From the NCBI GenBank assembly GCA_965198175.1, contig OZ240245.1, positions 2,304,001 through 2,368,000 on the forward strand: DNA of 64,000 bases. The letters are read 5' to 3'. This DNA is from Candidatus Poribacteria bacterium. GTDB lineage: Bacteria; Poribacteria; WGA-4E; PCPOR2b. Every line of letters begins with the position of its first letter. Position 1 is the first letter of the stretch. The notes below the pieces were generated by a model. The model was given only the letters and a program-made list of their open reading frames with translations. It was not told the DNA's origin and ran no database searches. Shown piece by piece: positions 51,070-59,607 of this stretch. Both the position numbers and the translations under genes were made by a program.

Positions 51070-52263
51070 TCAAACGACTTCGTCTTGCCGCAGCTCCGCA
51101 ATAGCGTTGTCATCTAATACAAGCACTTCTTTGAGAATCTCGTCGGTGTGCTGACCCAAGGTCGGCGGCGGCTGGCGCATTTGTGCTGGCGTCGTTGAGA
51201 GAACCAACGGCGAGCCAGCGAGTTTCACGCTCCCGGCGGTTGGGTGTGGCATCTCTACCAGCATCCCCCGTGCGAGCGCCTGCGGGTCGGCGAAGACTTT
51301 GTCAAGTGTGTTGACTGGTCCGGCAGGTACGTCGGCGTCCGCACAGAGTTGCAGCCATTCGGCGACTGTCTTCTGGCTAAACAAGTTCTCTAACGTGGGA
51401 ATCAACACGTCACGGTGCGCGACGCGATCTGGATTGGTTGCAAAGCGTGCATCCTGCGCCCATGCACCTACGCCCGCTGTCTCGCAGAACCGCCGCCATT
51501 GCCCGTCGTTGCCAATAGCTAAGATTAAGAAATCGTCTGCCGCCTGAAATGCCTGATACGGAACGATGCTGGCGTGTGCGTTTCCCCATCGCTGCGGCAC
51601 CTCGCCCGAACAGAGATAACCGCTACCGACGTTCGCTAGCAGAGCGATCTGCGAATCGAGCAACGATATATCAAGATGCTGCCCGTCACCGTTGCGTTCA
51701 CGGGTGTACAGCGCGGCGAGAATCGCATTGCACGCAAACAGGGCGGCAGCGACATCGACGATCGCAACCCCGACTTTCATGGGTGTGCCATTCTTATCGC
51801 CGGTGATGGACATAAACCCGCCCCGCCCTTGAATTAGAGAGTCGTATCCGGCTAATTCACGGTCGGGTCCCGTGTGCCCGAAACCGCTAATCGAGCAGTA
51901 AATCAGGCGAGGATTAGACCCCTTGAGTTCGGTATAACTTAAGCCGAGTTGGGCAGCGCCGCCGATTCGAAAGTTCTCGATCAATACATCGCTGTTTCGC
52001 GCCAATTCCTGTGCAATAGCGGCGCCCCGTTTGCACTTGAGATTGAGGGTGATGCTTTTCTTATTACGGTTACAGCAGAGGTAATATGCCGACTCACCAC
52101 CGACAAACGGCGGTCCCCAGTGCCGAGTTTCGTCGCCGATGCCGGGACGCTCGACTTTGATGACCTCGGCGCCCAAATCGCCCAACATCATGCCACAATA
52201 GGGACCGGCTAAATGCCGAGACAAATCTAGCACGCGCACCCCATTCAGTGCACCTGCCATCAT
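51070..52263 (-). CDS. Family III CoA-transferase (CaiB/BaiF)
   Basis: LAGPYC, GAEVIKVE, NRNKKS, ENFR, GYD. Confidence 0.94.
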   Translation of the reverse strand: MMAGALNGVRVLDLSRHLAGPYCGMMLGDLGAEVIKVERPGIGDETRHWGPPFVGGESAYYLCCNRNKKSITLNLKCKRGAAIAQELARNSDVLIENFRIGGAAQLGLSYTELKGSNPRLIYCSISGFGHTGPDRELAGYDSLIQGRGGFMSITGDKNGTPMKVGVAIVDVAAALFACNAILAALYTRERNGDGQHLDISLLDSQIALLANVGSGYLCSGEVPQRWGNAHASIVPYQAFQAADDFLILAIGNDGQWRRFCETAGVGAWAQDARFATNPDRVAHRDVLIPTLENLFSQKTVAEWLQLCADADVPAGPVNTLDKVFADPQALARGMLVEMPHPTAGSVKLAGSPLVLSTTPAQMRQPPPTLGQHTDEILKEVLVLDDNAIAELRQDEVV

Positions 52264-53474
52264 GCATCCTCCTCAAACGGATAGGGCGGCAGCTCTTGGG
52301 TCAATCGTTTGTCAGTTCGGTATCCCAGCGTATATTCTGCTTGCATCAATTGGTGGATTTCCTGCGTTCCTTCATAGATTAGCGCTCCACGAGCGTTGCG
52401 AAAGTAGCGTTCGACGGGGTACTCGTCGTTATAACCGTGTGCCCCATGGATTTGCACAGCGTCGTCCGCCGCTCGGAAGGCGTTCTGGCAGTTTACCCAC
52501 TTAGCAAGGCTAGCCTCACGCGTACAGCGCATCCCTCGGTTTTTCAACCAGCCAATTTGATAGTAAAGCAGCCGCCCGATGTCTCGCCCAGCGACCATAT
52601 TGGCGATTTTTTGCTGGATGAGTTGGTGTTTGCCAATTGGCTCGCCGAAGGTCGCCCGCTTCTTAACGTAGGCTGAGCTCGCTTCAAGGCACGCCTCTAT
52701 CAAACCGACCGCGCCCGAGGCAACTGTGTAACGACCGCTGTCCAATGCACTCATGGCGATTTTAAAGCCTTCGCCCTCTTCACCCACCCGATTGACCGCG
52801 GGTACACGCACCTCTCGCAGGACGATTCCCCCAGTGGCACCGCTGCGTCCGCCCAATTTGTTCTCTATGCTAGAGGTACTCACGCCCTCGAAGTCCCGCT
52901 CGACAATAAATGCCGAAATGCCGCGATGCTTGGCTGAACAATTGGTGTAAGCGAAAACCAGAAACTGGTCAGCGACGTCGGCAAAGCCTATCCAAGTCTT
53001 ATCGCCGTTGAGGACGTAAGTATCGCCGTCACGCCGCGCAGTGGTGCGAATGCTTGCAACATCACTGCCTGCGCCCGGCTCGGTCAATGCAAATGCCGCC
53101 AATTTTTCGCCGCGTGCCTGCGGGGCGAGATACTTACGCTTTTGCGATTCGCTGCCCCACTGAAACAACGCCAGCGAGTTGAGTCCAAGATGCACAGAAA
53201 TCATTACACGAAACGCACTGTCTGCACGCTCCAGTTCTTCAGAGACGATTCCGAGGCTCAGATAATCCAACCCTAACCCACCGTAGCGTCGCGGGATACA
53301 GACGCCTAACAAGCCCTCTGCCGCCATCTTCGGTAAGATGCTTCGCGGAAAGTGGTGCGCACGGTCCCAATCGCGCACAAACGGCAGAATCTCACGGGCA
53401 CAGAACTCGCGCGTCGTCTTGCGGATGGCGTCGTGTTCCGAGGTCAATGTGAAGTCCACAATATCTATCTCCAA
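52260..53474 (-). CDS. Acyl-CoA dehydrogenase
   Basis: FALTEPGAGSD, LNGDKTWI, QIHG, IYEGT. Confidence 0.94.
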   Translation of the reverse strand: MEIDIVDFTLTSEHDAIRKTTREFCAREILPFVRDWDRAHHFPRSILPKMAAEGLLGVCIPRRYGGLGLDYLSLGIVSEELERADSAFRVMISVHLGLNSLALFQWGSESQKRKYLAPQARGEKLAAFALTEPGAGSDVASIRTTARRDGDTYVLNGDKTWIGFADVADQFLVFAYTNCSAKHRGISAFIVERDFEGVSTSSIENKLGGRSGATGGIVLREVRVPAVNRVGEEGEGFKIAMSALDSGRYTVASGAVGLIEACLEASSAYVKKRATFGEPIGKHQLIQQKIANMVAGRDIGRLLYYQIGWLKNRGMRCTREASLAKWVNCQNAFRAADDAVQIHGAHGYNDEYPVERYFRNARGALIYEGTQEIHQLMQAEYTLGYRTDKRLTQELPPYPFEEDA

Positions 53475-53556
53475 GTGCGAGAAGTCGTCTGTGAGTATGG
53501 GGAACAGTATATCAAATTCTAAATTATTGATAAATAGAAAAAATCAACATACACTC

Positions 53557-53584
53557 TTGACATAATCGGAAATTTGCGTATAAT
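53557..53584 (+). promoter_or_regulatory. Sigma70 promoter
   Basis: TTGACA-16 bp-TATAAT. Confidence 0.65.
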
Positions 53585-53606
53585 TGCATAAACGAAAATA
53601 ATTGAG

Positions 53607-53762
53607 TAGGACTTACGCAGTTCAGTTTGTAGTAGCGCAATTTGTTGCGCGTCCGGCAGGTCGTTCACTTCCTTTTACGTCACCTGACATATTGTTTTAT
53701 GTAGAAACGGGCAATAAATTGCCCTACTACGAACCTTTGGACGTTCAACTGTGTAACTCCTA
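53607..53762. mobile_element. MITE-like element containing an inverted pair of GTAG-type REPs
   Basis: Termini TAGGACTTACGCAGTT / AACTGTGTAACTCCTA (14/16 complementary); internal GTAGTAGCGCAATTTGTTGCGCGT (53629-53652) and inverse ACGGGCAATAAATTGCCCTACTAC (53707-53730). Confidence 0.7.
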
Positions 53763-53877
53763 ATTGAGGACAAAATGATGATGGTCATTATAAAGCCTTT
53801 CCAGGAGTGTATGTAGGTCGCTATTTGGAATCTTGGACCGCATTTACCTGCACATAGCGAAGAGGGGGAATGATACG

Positions 53878-54777
53878 ATGCGAGTTTTTGTTACAGGCGG
53901 AACAGGATATATTGGCAGCGCCGTGGTGTCCGAACTCGTAAAAGCAACGCACCAGGTAACTGGACTAGCCAGATCCGCCGAAAAGGAGACCGAACTGGAG
54001 AATCTTGGAGCGACACCAGTGCTGGGCGATCTTAGAGATGTCGCCAGCTTCAAGGACCTCGCGGCGGAACACGACACCATCATCCATATCGGTTTTGAAC
54101 GCAGCCCGGCAGGTTACGCCGCTGACCGAGCGGTCATGGAAAGGCTGCTCTCCGTCGCAAGCGCTGCCTCCGGCACCCGCCATGTAATCTATACGTCGGG
54201 ATTGTGGGTACTTGGGCCCAGCAGCCAAGTCTCCGTGGACGAAGATGCTTTGACCGATCAGCCAGTTCAACTCGTTGCATGGCGACCGCCGCACGAAAGA
54301 CTCGTGTTGGACGCCGCCACAGATTCGATGACGACATCAGTCATCCGCCCAGGAATGGTCTACGGCGGTAGCGGTGGTATCTTGGAATCGTTCTTCACAT
54401 CGGCGGACAAGGGAGAACCCGTTGTCCATGTGGGCGATGGAAACAACCGCTTCTGCTTTGTGCACCGTGAAGACCTGGCTGAACTCTACCGGCTTGTCGT
54501 AGAGAAACGAGCGTCTGGAATCTTCCACGGTATTGATAATGCGTTCATCAAGATTTCCGATGCGGCGCGCGCCGTCAGCCAAGCGGCAGGTAAGGGTAGC
54601 CCCGTCCAAAGCCAGCCGCTCGAAGACGCTCGGGGCGAGATGGGTCTGTTCGCAGATGCGCTCTGCACCGATCAGGCGGTAGTTGCGCGCCGTTCCCGTG
54701 AACTCGGCTGGCTACCGGTACATCCGCCATTTCCCGAAAGCGCTCGCGCAGCCTATCAGGAGTGGAAAGACAGTTAA
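53878..54777 (+). CDS. NAD-dependent epimerase/dehydratase (atypical SDR)
   Basis: MRVFVTGGTGYIG, IYTSG, IRPGMVYG, VHREDLA. Confidence 0.9.
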   Translation: MRVFVTGGTGYIGSAVVSELVKATHQVTGLARSAEKETELENLGATPVLGDLRDVASFKDLAAEHDTIIHIGFERSPAGYAADRAVMERLLSVASAASGTRHVIYTSGLWVLGPSSQVSVDEDALTDQPVQLVAWRPPHERLVLDAATDSMTTSVIRPGMVYGGSGGILESFFTSADKGEPVVHVGDGNNRFCFVHREDLAELYRLVVEKRASGIFHGIDNAFIKISDAARAVSQAAGKGSPVQSQPLEDARGEMGLFADALCTDQAVVARRSRELGWLPVHPPFPESARAAYQEWKDS

Positions 54778-54848
54778 CCGCTAGTGAATTTTTTTCGCGT
54801 TAAAACCGTGGGCTAGTACAGCCTGAGATGAAACAAAAGGAGTGATTT

Positions 54849-55742
54849 ATGAAATTCGTATCTTTCGCAGCCGATGACGGCTCACATTATGGTATCTACA
54901 AAGATGACCGCGTCCTCGACCTAACCGTAGCGGGCAGCGCAGACTTTCCCAATGACCTGCTCGGCTTAATCGATCTCGGTCAATCGGGCGTTGAACGCGC
55001 AGAACAGTTGGCGAACCAATCGCCGGACTCCGGTTGGCAGCCGCTCGATCCTGCCAAGTTGCTTGCGCCAATCCCAGTGCCGCGCCGCAACGTTTTCTGC
55101 TTGGGCATGAACTATGCCGCCCATGTACGAGAGGGCGATTTGGCGAGGGGGCTAGAGCCATCCCTTCCCACAGTACCGGTTATCTTCACTAAAACCACCA
55201 CCGCGGTAACCGGACCTTATGCCGATGTCCCATTCGATGCAGCAGTATCCGAGCAGATTGATTGGGAAGTGGAAATGGCGGTCATCATCGGAGGGCGTGG
55301 TAAAAATATCTCGCCTGAATCGGCGATGGAGTACGTCTTCGGTTATACCGTCGTCAACGACCTCTCGGCTCGAGATCTGCAATTCAGTCATAATCAGTTC
55401 TTTAAGGGTAAGAGTCTGGACGGCGCATGTCCGATGGGACCGTGCATCGTCACCGCCGATGAAATCTCAGACCCGCACGCACTGAATGTGCGCTGCACCG
55501 TCAACGGCGTCGTCAAGCAGGACTCCAACACATCCGATCTAATTTTTGACATTCCCGCTACCATCGACTGGCTCTCGCGTGGGTTAACGATTCAGCCGGG
55601 CGATGTCATCTCCACCGGCACACCGAGCGGCGTCGGCTTCGCGCGCACCCCGCCAGAATTCCTCTTCCCCGGCGATGTCGTCGAATGCGAAGTCGAAGAA
55701 ATCGGAATCATCCGTAATCGGATGGTTGATGTTGGTGGTTAA
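54849..55742 (+). CDS. Fumarylacetoacetate hydrolase family protein
   Basis: CLGMNY, DWEVE, NDLSARD, GKSLD, TGTPSGVG. Confidence 0.94.
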   Translation: MKFVSFAADDGSHYGIYKDDRVLDLTVAGSADFPNDLLGLIDLGQSGVERAEQLANQSPDSGWQPLDPAKLLAPIPVPRRNVFCLGMNYAAHVREGDLARGLEPSLPTVPVIFTKTTTAVTGPYADVPFDAAVSEQIDWEVEMAVIIGGRGKNISPESAMEYVFGYTVVNDLSARDLQFSHNQFFKGKSLDGACPMGPCIVTADEISDPHALNVRCTVNGVVKQDSNTSDLIFDIPATIDWLSRGLTIQPGDVISTGTPSGVGFARTPPEFLFPGDVVECEVEEIGIIRNRMVDVGG

Positions 55743-55864
55743 TATTGTAAATTACTAGAAAAATTAAGATCTCGTTACAGCGGCGCAGCTCTTAAGGAGT
55801 TGTGGACGGGGCGTTCTATTATCATTGTTGAGTTCCAAACATCAAACCAATACTACTAATTGTC

Positions 55865-58696
55865 ATGGAACATAAGATGAAACTGCTCGTAGTTATCATG
55901 CTTTTGATGTTATTCCTGTTCCGCAGTGTTCCAATGGCGGATGTGTTAACACCCCAGGAGATTTACAAAAAGGCATTGAACGCTACGGTGTATGTAGCAA
56001 AGTTCGATGCCAACGGTGAGCTAGCTGGCACTGGGAGCGGATTCTTTGTGCGACCGAATCATATCGCGACTAATTTCCACGTAATTGAAGGTGCCACAGC
56101 CGCCAAATTAAGGGCTAAACTTGCTAATCAGAAAAAGGTGTACACGATAAAACGCATACGTGCAGTCGACAAAAAACACGATTTGGCAATTTTGCAGGTG
56201 TCGGCTCCAGGGGTCAAGCCGCTTCCTCTCGGCGACAGCAATTCTGTTGAGGTAGGGGATGAGGTGTACATCGTGAGTAATCCGTTAGGATTAGAAGGAT
56301 CCTTCGCAGATGGTAGAATTAGTGCAATCCGTGAACAAGTTTCGTGGGGTACAGGTAAACGTATCCAGTACACCGCTCCGACCTCTAAGGGCAGCAGTGG
56401 TGGTGCTGCACTCAATAACAAGGGTGAAGTGATAGGCGTTCACGTAGAGGGGTTGAAATATTTTCTCGGAGAGAATCTCAACTTTGCGATCCCTTCAAAT
56501 TACCTCACGACTCTTTTAAATCGTCATTTGGGTCCAGTAAAAGCGCGCACGCCAAGAGTCATTCGTAGAAAAACTAAACCGCCAAAATCTGCTCAACCAA
56601 AGCCGTCTACATCTAAAACACTTACACCACATGACCCTGAACGCGTAGCAGATCCCGTTCAACCAAATCCGGTCAATCCAAAAGCCACGCCGAAAAAACC
56701 TAAACCGCCAAATCCGGTCACACCTAAAACTACGCCAAAAAAACCCAAGTCTCCAACACCCGGTCAACCGAAACCGGTCGCACCGACAATTACTCCGAAA
56801 ACGCCGCCTCCTAAGCCTAAACCTGCTCGCTCGCTTTCGCCAATAGAACTCCTTCAAAAAGGCATAAAACATTATGAAGAGACAAAATTTACCGATGCGA
56901 TAAAATCCTTACAGTTGGCCTTAAGTGGGCTTGGCAATCCAGAACAGAGAGCCAAAGCGCATCTTTACTTAGGGTGTTCGATTTGGGGTTTAGGAGAAGA
57001 TGTCGATCATGTGCACCGAGAATTTCAAGAGGCGTTTCGCCACAATCCAAATCAATCCTTGCCTCCAAGGATTGGGGATGACCATCCCGTCTTTAAGCCG
57101 CTACTAAAAAAAGTACGTTCGAAATCAGTTGGCGAATTGACGATAGTCTGTTCACTACCCCAAACAGAAATCTGGATACATGGAAACTTATTCGAAAGGA
57201 AAATGATAGGTACTGGAACCACCAATATTCGACTATTCATGGGTGACTACACCGTAGAAGGCATTTATGAAGGAGAAATCCAAAAGCGAACCGTTATCAT
57301 CGAACCTAATGAGCATGAGAAGATTTTTCTCGAACTGCCGGTTATTATCAAGCATGACACTCCCGCAAAGGTATCCATTGGTGAAACAATTGCACTGACA
57401 TTGGATTTAATCTCTGCGGCGAGACCCACTCGGGTTGAAGTGCGCTACACATCCTACAGCAGAAAAGGGGACGAATTAGAACAGGGCAACAAAGAAATGC
57501 GTTTGTTGAAGGAGCACTCTGCCTCGTCAACACGGACTTATCGGGTGGAATTGTCACTACAAAAGGACTTCGGTAAGGTTGACTATTTTATCGCGGCTGA
57601 TGAAGCAAGGTCTCCAAAAACTGGTCATCATCGCGTCCTCATTGAGGAAGACGAGCAAGATCGGAAGGAATTCGCAGAAGAACTCAAGGAAGTTGAAGAC
57701 AGTCGGAAGCGGATTCATGACACCAATTCAGCGGCGCAGCTTAAGATAAATGGCTTGTTGGATACAACGGACGCAGCAATTAAATCGGCCGAAAGTACCG
57801 CAAACATCCACAAATTTAACCGGCACCAGAATACGGCATCTGAGCAAATAAATAAAACGGGCGAATCGGTGGACGCATTAGTAACAAGTGCACCAAACGA
57901 TGAACAAGAACTCGACAACCTGCTAAATTCCTTATCCCATACGGAAGTTGATGCCAAGGCTAATAGACGGCTCTCGGATTCCTTTATTGAAACAACGACG
58001 ACTTCTTTGAGAGACAAAATAAAAAATACAAAAGACACACTGTATGTGTTTGGTGACATGCAAATACGCTTGGATAAACAGGAGAGTCAGTTGACAAAAG
58101 TGGTTAAAGAGTTTAAGCCGTTGCATCAGGGAATTTGGGCGAGTTTGTGGTCAAATGTTGTTTCGAAAGATGAAACTTCCACATCTAATCCGGGCGGCGG
58201 TGATATGTTCAGCCTCATCTACCTGAAAGAGGGCAAAACCCATCGCGCACGCGGTGTTCAACTGGACTTCTCCTACCAGAATCCAATTAACACAAGCGTG
58301 ACGGGTCTGTGGGAGCCCGATCTAGATTTAAAAAAATTAAGAGAAAACGCTATGGCGTTTACGCTCCTAGGCGGCATAGCAAGATACGGCATCAACTCCA
58401 AACGGTCTGACACGAGTCAAGTCGAATCTGAAGAGTCAACGCATACCACGCCCATAATCGGTGTGGGACTGCAACTCTATCCAGAGCATAGAGTTGCGGT
58501 GGATCTGAAGGGTACAATCAAACTTCAGTCAGCAAATGACGGCGATCGTTTTTTCAACAAACATCTATATCACTACGAGGTAGGCGTTCGTCTTTACATC
58601 GTGCCAGCACTGAATCTGAGAGTAGGATATGGTCAATGGTACTTAGGCAATCGGGACGTTGCCGGTCTACAGATTGGACTGGGTGCTCTTTTCTGA
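55865..58696 (+). CDS. Exported trypsin-like serine protease with Pro/Lys linker, TPR, PEGA, coiled coil and C-terminal beta-barrel-like domain
   Basis: Signal peptide; triad TNFHV/HDLAIL/GSSGG; ends ...YEVGVRLY...LRVGYG...LQIGLGALF. Confidence 0.8.
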   Translation: MEHKMKLLVVIMLLMLFLFRSVPMADVLTPQEIYKKALNATVYVAKFDANGELAGTGSGFFVRPNHIATNFHVIEGATAAKLRAKLANQKKVYTIKRIRAVDKKHDLAILQVSAPGVKPLPLGDSNSVEVGDEVYIVSNPLGLEGSFADGRISAIREQVSWGTGKRIQYTAPTSKGSSGGAALNNKGEVIGVHVEGLKYFLGENLNFAIPSNYLTTLLNRHLGPVKARTPRVIRRKTKPPKSAQPKPSTSKTLTPHDPERVADPVQPNPVNPKATPKKPKPPNPVTPKTTPKKPKSPTPGQPKPVAPTITPKTPPPKPKPARSLSPIELLQKGIKHYEETKFTDAIKSLQLALSGLGNPEQRAKAHLYLGCSIWGLGEDVDHVHREFQEAFRHNPNQSLPPRIGDDHPVFKPLLKKVRSKSVGELTIVCSLPQTEIWIHGNLFERKMIGTGTTNIRLFMGDYTVEGIYEGEIQKRTVIIEPNEHEKIFLELPVIIKHDTPAKVSIGETIALTLDLISAARPTRVEVRYTSYSRKGDELEQGNKEMRLLKEHSASSTRTYRVELSLQKDFGKVDYFIAADEARSPKTGHHRVLIEEDEQDRKEFAEELKEVEDSRKRIHDTNSAAQLKINGLLDTTDAAIKSAESTANIHKFNRHQNTASEQINKTGESVDALVTSAPNDEQELDNLLNSLSHTEVDAKANRRLSDSFIETTTTSLRDKIKNTKDTLYVFGDMQIRLDKQESQLTKVVKEFKPLHQGIWASLWSNVVSKDETSTSNPGGGDMFSLIYLKEGKTHRARGVQLDFSYQNPINTSVTGLWEPDLDLKKLRENAMAFTLLGGIARYGINSKRSDTSQVESEESTHTTPIIGVGLQLYPEHRVAVDLKGTIKLQSANDGDRFFNKHLYHYEVGVRLYIVPALNLRVGYGQWYLGNRDVAGLQIGLGALF
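56663..56752 (+). repeat. Degenerate 45-bp tandem duplication in the Pro/Lys linker
   Basis: CCAAATCCGGTC starts at 56663 and 56708; PNPVNPKATPKKPKP / PNPVTPKTTPKKPKS. Confidence 0.7.
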
Positions 58697-59148
58697 ATGA
58701 CGCTCATTGGAAACACTCGACTTTAACTTGATTAGGACAATCCAAGTCACCGCATGGGTTGGTTGAACGGTTACACCACATATCTATCAAGGCAAGCCAG
58801 AATGCTGTTCGTTACCGACATTGTTGCAGAGAAATGTTGCGGCTAGCCGAACGCCCAACCCAACCAATGGCAATCAAACTCTGGGATTTAAGATATTGAC
58901 AATTTCAATCAGCATCGCACTCTGTAATCCCAGAAGAATGCTTGATATGTTTCACTTGCGCAGTTTAGCCAAACCTTCACATTTTTAAGAGCCGAATCAG
59001 TTAGGCTAATAATTCTCGTCCATAGTAGTCATCAACTGCTTCCGTCCAATAGTTTCCATTTATACGTATATTCCCTACGCAAGTCACTCTGTGAACACTA
59101 CTCGCATCAACATAAAGCCAACTCTAATTTAGCAAGGGAGATTATGAT

Positions 59149-59607
59149 ATGACTAAACGTGACTGGGCACTTCTTGCAGTTGGGATTATCGTTGTTGTCA
59201 TCATTATAATTGCTATAGTTGCTGTTCGATCCTGTAGACAAACCCCTCTCGAGACTCCGCCACCCAACGGCGATACCCCTTCGACCGCGCCTGTGAAACC
59301 AACTATTACACCAACTACCAAACCAACTGCCACTTCGCACGTGTCAGTTTCAATCAACGCTGTCCCGTGGGCAGAGGTTTTGATAAAGCCTCCTGGAACA
59401 AACGAATTCGTAAAACCGGTGACCAAATACTTCAAAATCGCGCCTGAACCCAATGGCACAGATTCCAACGTCACGCCAATACGGGGTGAATTAAGAGTAC
59501 CCGTCGACACCGAAATCAAGTTGATTTATGAAGGTATAGAGACAACCTTCCCTTACGAGTCTTGGAAGGCGTCTAAATCTATCTCGCATGATTTTCTGGA
59601 GCAATGA
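59149..59607 (+). CDS. Membrane-anchored Pro/Thr-linker protein with PEGA-like domain
   Basis: N-terminal TM helix, PT-rich stalk, INAVPWAEV motif; stop overlaps the next start (ATGA). Confidence 0.7.
   Translation: MTKRDWALLAVGIIVVVIIIIAIVAVRSCRQTPLETPPPNGDTPSTAPVKPTITPTTKPTATSHVSVSINAVPWAEVLIKPPGTNEFVKPVTKYFKIAPEPNGTDSNVTPIRGELRVPVDTEIKLIYEGIETTFPYESWKASKSISHDFLEQ

Noticed and set aside
58750..58870. Degenerate REP-like inverted repeat (GGTTGGTTG...CAACCCAACC)
   Set aside because: Too degenerate to support without other genomic copies
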